Assembly (NCBI GenBank): GCA_963794205.1
Contig: CAWCCR010000007.1
Coordinates: 72,498 to 136,497 of the forward strand
DNA from: an uncultured Pseudomonadota bacterium
Lineage (GTDB): Bacteria; Pseudomonadota; Gammaproteobacteria; Xanthomonadales; Rhodanobacteraceae
DNA: 64,000 bases
Reading direction: 5' to 3'
The notes under the pieces are model-generated. The model did not search any database, was not told the DNA's origin, and was given only the letters and a program-made list of their open reading frames with translations. Shown piece after piece: positions 29,369 through 39,551 of this stretch. How positions within the stretch are numbered: position 1 is the first letter of the stretch; every line of letters begins with the position of its first letter. The translations under genes and the position numbers were made by a program.

Positions 29369-31957
29369 TCAGCGGCGCAGGCTCACCCGCCCGCGGCGCA
29401 TCGCCTCCGCGGCGGCCAGCGCGCCCAGCGCCGCCAGCAGATCGAGGCTGATGGCACCGCCGCCGCCACTGCTCGGCGTTGGCGGCGGCGGTGGCGCCGT
29501 TACCGTCACGGTGCGCGTGGCCGCGGCGCTGGTGTTGAAGGTGGTGTTGGTGCAGGTCAACGTTGCGGTGTAAGTGCCAGCGGATGCATAGCTGACCGTC
29601 GTGCTGCCTTGCGTCGAACTGCCCGGATTGGCTCCATTGCCGAAAGCCCAGTTCAGCGTGACGTTGCCGGACGCGCCGTTGGCCGAGCAGCTGCCGCTGA
29701 AGTTGACCGAGCCGCCGGTCTGGATGCTGACGTTGCCGGTCGGTGTGCTGATCGTTGCCACCGGCGGCGGCGGATTGGTTACCGTGATCACCCGCGTGGC
29801 CGTGCTTGTGGTGCTGAACACGGTGTTGGTGCAGGTCAATGTTGCCGTATAGGTGCCGGTCGATGGATAAGTGACCGATACACTGCCTTGTGCCGACGTG
29901 CTCGGACTGGCTCCGCTGCCGAAACTCCAGCTCAGCGTGGTGCTGCCCGGCGCACCGTTGGTCGAGCAACTGCCGGCGAAGCTGATGGATTGACCGACGA
30001 AGATGCCGGTATTGCCGGACGGGGCACTGATCGTGGCGACTGGAGCGGATAGCGCAACGCCGGACTGGTACGCGTTGACGAGGCCATAGCCGTAGACCCC
30101 GTTGGGATTGCCGCCGCCATTGCTGGTGCCTGCGGTCAGCGGTTTCGCCCCGGCCTGCAGCATGGCGTAGGGATCCTTGCCCGGGTAGCCCTGCTCCAGC
30201 AGCGCCATGATCGCCGCGACGGCCTCCGAGGTGGCCGAGGTGCCGCAGAAGGTGGCGCTGGGCGGTGTGCCGCTGTTGGCGGTGCCGAACCCGCCGACGC
30301 CGGTCACCAGCACGCAGTCGACCGCGGTGAAATCGGGCTTTTGCCGCGAGCTGGTGCCGGTCGCGGGTTGCGAAAGGAACACCGGGCCTTGCGAGGCATA
30401 CGGCTCGATAGTGTCGTTGTTGTTCTGGGCGCTGGTCGCATCGATCGCGGTGGTGGTGATCTCGTACGGCGCCGGCAGCGCCGACTGGCCGTAGATGCTG
30501 CCGGCAGGCGTGTTCGGGACCAGCACGAAGCTGTGGTTGTTGGCGTACACGATCACTTTCAGGTGCTTACCGGGATTGCCCGTACCGTAGTAGATGTGCA
30601 GTTGCAACTGCTGCTGGCTGCTGCCGTTGTTGGTGTAACTGTTGCCCTGGACTGGCTGCGGGCCGGGCGTGTTGTTGGGTCCGGGTGTGCCGCTGAACAC
30701 GCAGCTGGTGGGCGAGGGCGGGCTGGCCGCACTGCCCAGGTTGATGCCCTGATTGCAGGCCAGCACGTTGCCGCTGGTGTCGGTCAGGAACACGTCGTAA
30801 TCGTTGGGATCGTTGGGCGTGCCGCTGGTGGGATTGGGAATCCAGGTGTCATCCCACTGCACCATGTAGGTGACCGTATCGCCCGCGGCAACCGGGAAGG
30901 TCATGCTGGTATTGGGGACGCCGGCGTTGCCGAAGTTCTGTGCCTGCGTGTACTTGACGCCGTTGATGGTGACGTTGACCGGCGTCGGGGTCCAGGTGCC
31001 GCTCCAGAACTGCTGCGCGTCGTTGCCGGCCGCGCTGGTCAGGCGGATGTTCGGGTGCGCGATGGCGAAGTTCTTCACCGCGGTGGCGAAGCCGCCGTCG
31101 GTGAACAGGGCCACGCCGGGGAATCCCAGATCATCGGCGACGATGTTGGGTGTGAAGCCGCCGGTGCCGGCGGCGAAGTCGTTGAGGCAGGTGACGAAAT
31201 CGACCGTGGTCGCCGGCCCGCAGAAGCCGAGCTTCGCACCCGGAGCCATGTCGTAGACGATCTCCATCATCGCCGTGCCCTCGAACCCCGAGCCCGGCAG
31301 CTTGGCGTCGACGTAGGGCGCCGGGCTGGTCGGCAGGTCGCCGGTGGCCTGGTCCTGGGCGATGTCGCCGGCGCCGTCGGAAATGATGCCGACCGAGATG
31401 CCGGATCCGTTGAGGCCGGTCGCCTGGCGGAATTGCGCCGTGCCGAGGATCTGGTCGCCCTGGGTGGTGACCGAGCCGCTGCGCGGCTGCGCGCCGACCG
31501 GCGGCAGATTGCGCCGTGGCACCGCGTAGCGCGGCAGGGTGATGCGGGTGACCTGCGGCAGCGCAGCCAGATGGTACAGCGCCGTCGCCGGCACCCAGGC
31601 CTGGACCACGCCGAGCTCGCTGCTGGCGCGGATGCCGGTTGCGCCCAGTGCGGTCAGCGCGCTCGTCGCGGGCGCGCCCGCGGCGCGGTCGAAGCCGAGA
31701 TAGACCTGCACCTGGCCGCTGCCGTTCCAGCGGGCTGCCAATGGGGCGGGGCCGCTGGGCTGCTGCTGTTCGGCCAGTGATCGGGTCATCATCGCGTGGG
31801 CCTGCGGCGTGCCTGAGGCCTGTGCGATCAGCGCAACCTGCGGTGCCAGCTTGGCGATCGCGGCAGCGGAGGGTGCGCTGTTCATGGCGTGCAGCGAGCC
31901 CGCGGCGAGCAGTGTCGTCAGTGCCAGCAGCAGCGCGGGTCGGAAGAGATGGCGCAT
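29369..31957 (-). CDS. S8-like subtilase with prodomain, two PKD domains and GlyGly-CTERM anchor
   Basis: Signal peptide; VGIISDG, FEGTAMMEIVYDMAPGA, SAAGND, FCGTSA; repeated WxFGxG...TYTATLT domains; C-terminus SSGGGGAISLDLLAALGALAAAEAMRRGR. Confidence 0.88.
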   Translation of the reverse strand: MRHLFRPALLLALTTLLAAGSLHAMNSAPSAAAIAKLAPQVALIAQASGTPQAHAMMTRSLAEQQQPSGPAPLAARWNGSGQVQVYLGFDRAAGAPATSALTALGATGIRASSELGVVQAWVPATALYHLAALPQVTRITLPRYAVPRRNLPPVGAQPRSGSVTTQGDQILGTAQFRQATGLNGSGISVGIISDGAGDIAQDQATGDLPTSPAPYVDAKLPGSGFEGTAMMEIVYDMAPGAKLGFCGPATTVDFVTCLNDFAAGTGGFTPNIVADDLGFPGVALFTDGGFATAVKNFAIAHPNIRLTSAAGNDAQQFWSGTWTPTPVNVTINGVKYTQAQNFGNAGVPNTSMTFPVAAGDTVTYMVQWDDTWIPNPTSGTPNDPNDYDVFLTDTSGNVLACNQGINLGSAASPPSPTSCVFSGTPGPNNTPGPQPVQGNSYTNNGSSQQQLQLHIYYGTGNPGKHLKVIVYANNHSFVLVPNTPAGSIYGQSALPAPYEITTTAIDATSAQNNNDTIEPYASQGPVFLSQPATGTSSRQKPDFTAVDCVLVTGVGGFGTANSGTPPSATFCGTSATSEAVAAIMALLEQGYPGKDPYAMLQAGAKPLTAGTSNGGGNPNGVYGYGLVNAYQSGVALSAPVATISAPSGNTGIFVGQSISFAGSCSTNGAPGSTTLSWSFGSGASPSTSAQGSVSVTYPSTGTYTATLTCTNTVFSTTSTATRVITVTNPPPPVATISTPTGNVSIQTGGSVNFSGSCSANGASGNVTLNWAFGNGANPGSSTQGSTTVSYASAGTYTATLTCTNTTFNTSAAATRTVTVTAPPPPPTPSSGGGGAISLDLLAALGALAAAEAMRRGRVSLRR

Positions 31958-32118
31958 CGGTGAACTTCCCCCAGAATGTTTGTGGAGATGGCAGAACCGT
32001 CCAGCCCCCGGAGTCTCCGGTTCCCTGTGGCCGGCACCGCACGATTTCGCCCGGGCATCGGGCTGGCCTATGCTAACCGCGACCTTTGCGCGGCGCGTGA
32101 ACGGGGGACTCCTACGAA

Positions 32119-32547
32119 ATGACAGCCTCATCGCGGCGGCAGCAGGGATTCACCCTGATCGAAATCATGGTGGTGGTAGTGATCATCGCCGTGCTGGCGA
32201 CGCTGATCCTGCCCAACGTCATCGGTCGCGCCGAGGACGCGCGGCTGGCCAAGGCCAAGGCCGACATCCGCGCGCTGGACTCGGCGCTGGCGATGTACCG
32301 GCTCGACAACGGCCACTATCCGTCCACCGACCAGGGCCTGCAGGCGCTGGTGAAAAAGCCTTCAGGCGACCCGCCGGCGCCCGACTGGCGCGCGGACGGT
32401 TACATCCGCACGCTGCCCGATGACCCCTGGGCGCATCCTTACGAGTATCTCAGCCCCGGCCAGCACGGTCCCTACGACTTGTGGTCCGATGGCCCGGACG
32501 GCGTGTCGGGAACCAGGGATGACATCCAGAGCTGGAACCTGAAGTAG
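32119..32547 (+). CDS. gspG: T2SS major pseudopilin
   Basis: QQGFTLIEIMVVVVII, YRLDNGHYPSTDQGLQALV, DPW, GPDG. Confidence 0.95.
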   Translation: MTASSRRQQGFTLIEIMVVVVIIAVLATLILPNVIGRAEDARLAKAKADIRALDSALAMYRLDNGHYPSTDQGLQALVKKPSGDPPAPDWRADGYIRTLPDDPWAHPYEYLSPGQHGPYDLWSDGPDGVSGTRDDIQSWNLK

Positions 32548-32555
32548 CGACGCGC

Positions 32556-33098
32556 GTGATCGCCGTACCCGCCGCAACCGCCACCGGACCCGCGTGCAGG
32601 CCGCAAGGCAGTGCCGGGTTTTCGCTGGTCGAGATGATGGTGGTGATCCTGATCATCGCGGTGATGACCAGCGTGGCGATGCTCAGCCTGTCGTTCGGCA
32701 GCCGTGATCGGGCCCGGCTCGCGGCCACGCAGCTGGCCGGCGTCCTGCGCAGCGCGCGGGAAGAAGCCGAGATGCAGGGGCGCAACCTCGCATTCGGTTT
32801 CTGGCAGCGAGGCTGGATCTGCTACCAGCTCGACGCCGCCGGTGCCTGGCAACCCCTGCTGGATGATCGCCTGCTGCGTCCGCGCACGCTCGACGACGGT
32901 CTCACGCTGACGCTGCGCCTGCAGGGCGAGCAAGTGCGGCTGGCCGCGCGGGCGCATTCCCATCCGCAGGTATTCGTGCTGTCCAGCGGCGAAATGGAGC
33001 CGTTCGTGCTGGAGCTGCGCGAGGCTGCCCGCAGCCGCGAACGGCTGACCGGCAGCGCGCTGGGCCAGATCACGCTGGAGAGCGAACATGCGCGCTGA
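32556..33098 (+). CDS. gspH: T2SS minor pseudopilin H
   Basis: AGFSLVEMMVVILII; PQVFVLSSGEMEPF; position after gspG. Confidence 0.88.
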   Translation: MIAVPAATATGPACRPQGSAGFSLVEMMVVILIIAVMTSVAMLSLSFGSRDRARLAATQLAGVLRSAREEAEMQGRNLAFGFWQRGWICYQLDAAGAWQPLLDDRLLRPRTLDDGLTLTLRLQGEQVRLAARAHSHPQVFVLSSGEMEPFVLELREAARSRERLTGSALGQITLESEHAR

Positions 33099-33486
33099 CG
33101 GTCCCGGCGTGCGGCGCGCGCACGGCTTCACGCTGCTCGAGGTGATGGTGGCGCTGCTGGTCGTCGCGCTGGGCCTGGCGGCGGCGGTGCAGCTGACCAC
33201 GCTGGCCGCTGACAACGCGCGAGCCCTGTCGCGGCGCACCGAGGCCGACTGGGTGGCGATGAACCGGCTGGGCGCGACGCAGCTGGCCGGCGCCTGGCCG
33301 GCGGACGGCAGCACCCAGGGCCACAGCGTCATGGCCGGCCGCACCTGGTATTGGCGTCAGCAGGTGCAGGGTGCCCCGCTGCCCAATCTGCGCGAGGTGG
33401 TGATCGAGGTGCGCGACCGGCCCGAAGGCCCTGCGCTGGCGACGCTGCATACCCTGGTCAGTCATGCCGCGAGCGGTCCGCCATGA
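33088..33486 (+). CDS. gspI: T2SS minor pseudopilin I
   Basis: HGFTLLEVMVAL; ADWVAMN; WYWRQ. Confidence 0.9.
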   Translation: MRADGPGVRRAHGFTLLEVMVALLVVALGLAAAVQLTTLAADNARALSRRTEADWVAMNRLGATQLAGAWPADGSTQGHSVMAGRTWYWRQQVQGAPLPNLREVVIEVRDRPEGPALATLHTLVSHAASGPP

Positions 33487-34079
33487 ACCGTGCCCGCGGC
33501 TTCACGCTGATCGAACTGCTGGTGGCTGTGGCGATCTTCGCCCTGATGGCGGCGCTGGCCTACGGCGGGCTCGCTACGCTGCTGCACCAGCGCGGCGAAC
33601 TCGAATCGCACTACCGCCGGTTGCACACGCTGCAGCGCGCCTATGCGCTGCTGCAGGCGGACTTCACGCAGGCCGCGCCGCGACCGGTGCGCGACGAACT
33701 GGGCGGTCCGCTGCCGGCGCTGCGCGGTGCGCCCGACGGCACGACCGTGGCGCTGTCACGCGACGGTTATCCGGACCCGGCCGGCGTGCGGCGCAGCGGA
33801 ATCATTCGCGTGCGCTACAGCCTCGACGGCCGGCGCCTGCTGCGCCTGCAGTGGCCGGTGCTCGACCGCGCGCCGGGCGAGACGCCGCCGCCCGACACCG
33901 TGCTCGATCACGTCGAGTCGCTGCGGTTCCGCTACGTCGATGCGCAGGGCAACGAACAATCCAGCTGGCCGCCGGCCGGCTCGGGCCCGCAGTCGCCCCT
34001 GCTGCCGCGCGCGGTGCGGGTGACGCTGAAGATGGACGGACTCGCGGGGTCGGTCACGTGGCTGTTCGTGCTGCCATGA
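33483..34079 (+). CDS. gspJ: T2SS minor pseudopilin J
   Basis: RGFTLIELLVAVAIFA; DFTQAAPRPVRD; WPVLD; LPRAV. Confidence 0.92.
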   Translation: MNRARGFTLIELLVAVAIFALMAALAYGGLATLLHQRGELESHYRRLHTLQRAYALLQADFTQAAPRPVRDELGGPLPALRGAPDGTTVALSRDGYPDPAGVRRSGIIRVRYSLDGRRLLRLQWPVLDRAPGETPPPDTVLDHVESLRFRYVDAQGNEQSSWPPAGSGPQSPLLPRAVRVTLKMDGLAGSVTWLFVLP

Positions 34080-35005
34080 ACGCGCCCCTTCGCCAGCGCG
34101 GCGTCGCGCTGCTGATCGCGCTGCTGGTGGTCGCCATCGCGGCGACGACGATGGTCTATCTGGCCTGGGACCAGACGCTCGCGATCCGCCGCAGCGAGGA
34201 CCGCATCGGACTGGATCGCGCCTGGGCGGTCGCGCTCGGCGCCGAAGCCTGGGCCGCGCAGGCGCTGGCCGACAACGCGCGCCAGCACGGCGGCGAGGTC
34301 GATCTGGCCCAGCCTTGGGCGCAGCCGCAGCGGCCGCAGATCTTCGGCGGCATCGAGGTCACCGGGCGGATCGAGGACCTGCAGGGCCGCTTCAACCTCA
34401 ACACCCTGGTCGCCGGCGCGCAGCCGGTCGCGATCGCGGTCACGCGCTACCGCGCGCTGCTGGCGACCCAGCAGCTGCCGTCCGATCTGGTCGCGCCGGT
34501 GATCGACTGGATCGATCCCGACAGCATGGCCAGCGGCAGCACCGGTGCCGAGGACGAGACCTACCTCGGACTCGCGCCACCGTATCGCGCGGCCAATCAG
34601 CCCTTGATCAGTGCCTCCAGCCTGCGTCTCGTCAGCGGCTACACGCAAGCCGTCTATGCACGCATCGCGCCCTGGGTCACCGCGCTGCCGGGCGCAACCG
34701 CCATCAACGTCAACACCGCGCCGCTGCCGGTGCTGATCGCGCTGGGCCTGAGTCCGGCGCAGGCGCGGGCGGTGGTCGTGCTGCGCGCGAAGCAGCCGTT
34801 TTCCACCCTGCAGCAGTTTCTCGCCAGCCCGCCGTTGCAGACGGCGGCGGTCGATCCGAGCCTGCTCGGCGTCGGCAGCCAGTACTTTCTGGTGCACATC
34901 GAGGTCCGCCTGGGTCGCCTGCGCGCCACCCTGGCAAGCGTGCTCGAAGTCGGCAATGGCGGTAAGGTCCGCGTTCTGCTGCGCACGCGTAACACCATGC
35001 CCTGA
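34076..35005 (+). CDS. gspK: T2SS minor pseudopilin K
   Basis: QRGVALLIALL; IEDLQGRFNLN; DWIDPD; INVNTAP. Confidence 0.92.
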   Translation: MNAPLRQRGVALLIALLVVAIAATTMVYLAWDQTLAIRRSEDRIGLDRAWAVALGAEAWAAQALADNARQHGGEVDLAQPWAQPQRPQIFGGIEVTGRIEDLQGRFNLNTLVAGAQPVAIAVTRYRALLATQQLPSDLVAPVIDWIDPDSMASGSTGAEDETYLGLAPPYRAANQPLISASSLRLVSGYTQAVYARIAPWVTALPGATAINVNTAPLPVLIALGLSPAQARAVVVLRAKQPFSTLQQFLASPPLQTAAVDPSLLGVGSQYFLVHIEVRLGRLRATLASVLEVGNGGKVRVLLRTRNTMP

Positions 35006-36246
35006 TGGATACCCTGCTGCTGCGCTGGATCGACGATGAGCATGCCGCCTGGCGCCTCGCAGGCGTGTCCGGTCGCGGCAGTCTGGCCGATGCCGCACCG
35101 CTGGCGCGTGGACGGCGCGTGCTGCTGCTGGTGCCCGGCGAGGACGTGCTGCTGGCATCTGCGGCGATGCCCAGCCGCAAACCGGCGGAGATCGCGCGCG
35201 CGTTGCCCTACGCGCTGGAGGAGTGGCTGCTGGAACCGCCGGAGACCCAGCACTTCGCCTGGCAGCGCAGCGTGTCCGGCGTGGCGGCCGCGGTCGTCGC
35301 GCGCGCCACGATCGGGCATTGGCTTGAGCGTCTCGACGAAGTCGGCATCGAACCCGATGTGCTGCTGCCGGACCTGCTGGCCCTGCCGTGGGTCGCGGGC
35401 CGCTGGAGCCTGTTCTGCGAATCGGGCGAAGCGGATGCGCGCGTGCTCGTGCGCAGCGGTCTGCGCGACGGCCTGGCCTGCACGCGAGCGAGCCTGCCGC
35501 TGGTGCTCGCCACGCTGCTGCAGCGCACCCCGGATGCGGAGCGCCCGACCGGAATCGATCTCCGGGGCGTCGTCGATGACGCCGGCGACGGCCCGCCATC
35601 CGCGGACCGTGCCGATTCCGCCCGCGGCATCGATGCCCTCGCGGCCGGGGCGGGTCTGCCGGTTACCCGCCAGCGCTCATCCGCGGCGCTGCTTGATCTC
35701 GCGGACGAATTCACGCTGCCCGCCGATTTCAACCTGCTGCAGGGTGCCTACGCCCCGCGGCGCGCGCAGGCGCGACGCAACGGCCCGCGCCGTGCCGTGG
35801 CGATCGCCGCGGCGTTGTGGCTGGTGAGCGCATTTGCCTACGCCGGCGTGCACGCGGCGGTCCTGGCGCGGGAGTCGCGCGTGCTGCAGGGCGCGATCGA
35901 CACGGTGTTCCGCGGCGCCGTGCCGGGCGAGCACCGCATCGTCGATGCCCGCGCGCAGCTGCAACAGGCGTTGAGCGCCGCGGAAGTCGGTCGCGGCACC
36001 GGTGGCCCGATCGGCCTGCTGGCGGCCGTCGCCGATGCCCGTCTCGACGCGACCGGCGTGCGTCTGCAGCGCATCGAATACCGCGATGGCAGGCTTGACC
36101 TGCTGCTGCAGGCGGAGCGTGCCGCCGCACTGGAAGCGGCGCGGCACGCGTTGGCGGCGCAGGGCCTGAACGCCGAGTTGCGCGATGTCGGCAGCGACGG
36201 CGGTCACGCGCAGGGTCGCATCCACATTGCCGGAGCGACGCGATGA
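35005..36246 (+). CDS. gspL: T2SS inner-membrane platform protein L
   Basis: ALPYALEE, LPDLLALP, FNLLQGAY followed by a TM segment. Confidence 0.88.
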   Translation: MDTLLLRWIDDEHAAWRLAGVSGRGSLADAAPLARGRRVLLLVPGEDVLLASAAMPSRKPAEIARALPYALEEWLLEPPETQHFAWQRSVSGVAAAVVARATIGHWLERLDEVGIEPDVLLPDLLALPWVAGRWSLFCESGEADARVLVRSGLRDGLACTRASLPLVLATLLQRTPDAERPTGIDLRGVVDDAGDGPPSADRADSARGIDALAAGAGLPVTRQRSSAALLDLADEFTLPADFNLLQGAYAPRRAQARRNGPRRAVAIAAALWLVSAFAYAGVHAAVLARESRVLQGAIDTVFRGAVPGEHRIVDARAQLQQALSAAEVGRGTGGPIGLLAAVADARLDATGVRLQRIEYRDGRLDLLLQAERAAALEAARHALAAQGLNAELRDVGSDGGHAQGRIHIAGATR

Positions 36247-36737
36247 AAACCTGGTGGATGCAGTTGGCTGCCCGCGAACGACTGCTGGTCGCATTCGGCG
36301 CGGCGGTGCTTGCGGGCGGTCTGATCTATGCGCTGATCTGGCATCCGCTGGCTCAGGACATCGCGCGCAACGAGGCACGCGTTGCGCAGCAGCGCGCGGA
36401 TCTCGTTTGGATGCAGCAGGCCGCGCTCCGGATGCGCGCGCTGCAGTCGCAGGGCGGCGGTCAGTCCGCGCCGCAGGCAACCGCCGGGCTGCCGTTGCGC
36501 GCCGTGCTGGATGCCGCCCTGCGTGCACAGGGCCTCGATAGCGCGGTGGCCGAGCGCGCGCCGGCCGGGGACGGCAGCATTCGTCTCACGCTCAAGGCGG
36601 TGCCCTTCGATGCCCTGCTGCGCTGTCTTGCCAGCCTGCAGACCGAAGGTTTGCAGGTGCGGACATTCGATCTGGATCGCGTCGGCGCAGGGCAGGTGGC
36701 AGGCTCGCTGCAGGTAGCGCGCGTTGCCGGGAGTTGA
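36243..36737 (+). CDS. gspM: T2SS protein M
   Basis: WWxQLAARER followed by TM; VPFDALL. Confidence 0.88.
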   Translation: MKTWWMQLAARERLLVAFGAAVLAGGLIYALIWHPLAQDIARNEARVAQQRADLVWMQQAALRMRALQSQGGGQSAPQATAGLPLRAVLDAALRAQGLDSAVAERAPAGDGSIRLTLKAVPFDALLRCLASLQTEGLQVRTFDLDRVGAGQVAGSLQVARVAGS

Positions 36738-36825
36738 ACGCAGGCGATGGGTGCAGACGTGGTCCATGCACGACGCCACGCCGGGGCAGTTGCATATATT
36801 CCGCCGGCCGCATTGCTGCGCAGGC

Positions 36826-38035
36826 TCACTTCACCAGCTGATCCAGCTGGAAGATCGGCAGCAGGATCGCCAGCACGATGCTGAAAACGATCATGCCCAT
36901 GACCACGATGGTCAGCGGTTCGAACAGGGCCAGCGCGGTGCCGATGGTGGCCGAGGTTTCGCGTTCCTGCTGCTCGGCCGCACGCCAGAGCATGTCCTCG
37001 AGATTGCCGCCGGTCTCGCCGCTGGCGATCAGGTACACCGCCATCGGCGGGAAGTAGCCGCTGTGGTCCAGCGCGGTGGCGACGCCGGAACCCTCGCGCA
37101 CGCGCGCCGCGACCTCCTGCAGGGCGTGGCGCATCGGCAGGCTGCCGATCACCTGACTGGCGATACCCAGGCCTTCGAGCAGCGGTACGCCGCTGGCGGC
37201 GAGGATGCTGAGCGTGCGCGTGAAGCGCGCCGTCTCGATGCCGCGCACCAGCCGGCCGATCAATGGCAGGCGCAGCACCAGGCGCTGCCAGCGCGCGCGC
37301 ACGGCGTCCTCGCGCAGCGCGCGGCGGATCAGCCAGGCGACGGCGATCAGCACGATGACCAATGCGATCCCCCAGTGTCTGAGGAACCCGCTGGTCGCGA
37401 TCAGCACCCGCGTCAGCAGCGGCAGCTCGGCGTGCATGGTGGCGAACACCTGGACGATCTTCGGCACCACGTAGCCGAGCAGCCCGGCCAGGATGACCAG
37501 CGACATGCTGACCAGGAATCCGGGGTAGATCAGCGCCTGCTGCACCCGCTGCTGCATGGCCTGGCGCGCCTCGGTGTAGTCGGCCAGCCGCGCCAGCACC
37601 GGATCGAGCCGGCCCGACTGCTCGCCGGCGGCGACGGTGGCACGGAACACCTCGTCGAACACGCCGGGAAAGTCGGCCATGCCGACCGCCATGCCGTGAC
37701 CCTCGACCACGCGCGCGCGTACACCGTGCAGCACCCGCGCGATGCGCGGGTGGCGCGCCTGCCGCGCGGCGGTCTGCAGCGCGTCGGCCACCGGCGCGCC
37801 GGTCGCCAGCAGGGTCGCGATCTGGCGCGTCGAGCAGCGCCAGCTCGTCCGCACGCAGACGTGTGCGGCGGCTGCGCCGGGGACCACTGCCACGCTCCTC
37901 GACCGCCTCGACCTCCAGCGGCAGCAGGCCGCCGTCGCGCAGCAGCTGGCGGATCTGGCGTGCGGTGTCGGCTTCGAGCACGCCCTTGCGGTGATGCCCC
38001 TGCGGGTCGAGCGCGACATATTCGAAGGCCGGCAC
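36826..38035 (-). CDS. gspF: T2SS protein F, +1 frameshift near 37831
   Basis: N-terminus MPAFEYVALD...DELALL in one frame; TRQIATLL, AGEQSGRL, SGETGG, FEPL, AILLPIF in another. Confidence 0.9.
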
Positions 38036-38039
38036 CGGT

Positions 38040-39551
38040 TCACTCCGCGCTGCGGGTGACGCGCAGCAATTCTTCCAGCGCGGTCGCGCCGGTCAGCACC
38101 AGGCGCACGCCGTCGGCGCGGATGCCGGGCACCTGCCGCCGTGCATGCAGCTCGAGATCCGCTTCGGCCGCGCCGTCATGGATCATGCGGCGCAGCGCGT
38201 CATCGATCGGTGTCACCTCGTAGATGCCGCTGCGCCCGAGGTAGCCGGCGCCATGGCAGGTCGGGCAGCCGACCGGATGGAACAGCATTGCCGGCGCGTC
38301 GCCGAGGCCGAGCTCGGCGCGCTCGGTGGCATCCGCCGGCTGCGCGCGCCGGCAGTGAGGGCAGAGCAGACGCACCAGCCGCTGCGCGGCGACCCCGATC
38401 AGGGTCGAGGCGAGCAGATAGGGCTCCACGCCCATGTCACGCAGGCGCGCCACCGCACCGATTGCGGTGTTGGTATGCAGGGTCGAGAGCACCAGGTGGC
38501 CGGTCAGGCTGGCCTGGACCGCGATCTCGGCGGTCTCGAGATCACGGATCTCGCCGACCATCACCACGTCCGGATCCTGGCGCAGGATCGCGCGCAGACC
38601 GCGCGCGAAGCTCATGTCCACCTTGGGGTTGACCTGGGTCTGGCCGATGCCGTCGATGAAGTACTCGATCGGATCCTCGACGGTGAGGATGTTGCGGCGG
38701 CGGTCGTTGAGTTCGGCCAGCACGGCATACAGGGTGGTGGTCTTGCCCGAGCCGGTCGGACCGGTGACCAGCAGGATGCCGTGCGGCTGGCGGATCAGCC
38801 GCACCAGACGCGCGCGAGTGTCCGGGTCCATGCCCAGGCCGCCGAGATCGAGGCGGCCAGCCTGGCGGTCGAGCAGGCGCAGCACCACGCGCTCGCCGTG
38901 GCCGGAGGGCAGGGTGGACACGCGCACGTCCACCGGGTGCCCGGCCACGCGCAGGCTGATGCGGCCGTCCTGCGGCAGGCGCTTCTCGGCGATGTCGAGA
39001 CGCGCCATCACCTTGATGCGCGAGACGATGGTGCCGGCCAGCGCGCGTGGCGGTTCGAGGATCTCGCGCAGGGTGCCGTCCACGCGCAGGCGCACCGACA
39101 GGCGGCCCTCGAACGGCTCGATGTGCACGTCGGAGGCACCCTCGCGCACCGCCTGGGCGAGGATCGCGTTGATCAGGCGGATGATCGGCGCGTCGTCCTG
39201 GCTCTCCAGCAGATCCTCGGGTTCGGGCAGGGCCGAGGCCGCGGCCGCGAGATCGATGTCCTCGCCCAGGTCCTGCATCATCGCCTGCGCGCCGCCGGGA
39301 CCGGTGTCGCCGTAGCGGCGCGTCAGCTGGCGTTCGAACTCGGCGTCGTCGAGGCGCTCGAGCTGGAGCGGCCGGCCCAGCGTGCGCGCCAGCTCCGCCA
39401 GCACGCGCGGGTCGGGCAGGCCGCGGTGGCGCACGCGGGCTCGGGCCACGTCCACGTCCACCAGTACGCCGTGGCGCTTGGCGTAACCGTAGCCGACCGC
39501 GACGTCCGCTGCGGTGACGTGGCCGGTGTCGCTGGCTTCAGCGCGATCCAT
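38040..39551 (-). CDS. gspE: T2SS ATPase E
   Basis: ASDVHIEP, LDIAEKRLPQDG, GPTGSGKTT, LRQDPD, CPHC..CPTC. Confidence 0.95.
   Translation of the reverse strand: MDRAEASDTGHVTAADVAVGYGYAKRHGVLVDVDVARARVRHRGLPDPRVLAELARTLGRPLQLERLDDAEFERQLTRRYGDTGPGGAQAMMQDLGEDIDLAAAASALPEPEDLLESQDDAPIIRLINAILAQAVREGASDVHIEPFEGRLSVRLRVDGTLREILEPPRALAGTIVSRIKVMARLDIAEKRLPQDGRISLRVAGHPVDVRVSTLPSGHGERVVLRLLDRQAGRLDLGGLGMDPDTRARLVRLIRQPHGILLVTGPTGSGKTTTLYAVLAELNDRRRNILTVEDPIEYFIDGIGQTQVNPKVDMSFARGLRAILRQDPDVVMVGEIRDLETAEIAVQASLTGHLVLSTLHTNTAIGAVARLRDMGVEPYLLASTLIGVAAQRLVRLLCPHCRRAQPADATERAELGLGDAPAMLFHPVGCPTCHGAGYLGRSGIYEVTPIDDALRRMIHDGAAEADLELHARRQVPGIRADGVRLVLTGATALEELLRVTRSAE

Noticed and set aside
29480-30040. 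Two ~260-bp similar segments
   Set aside because: Explained by the tandem PKD domains of the subtilase.
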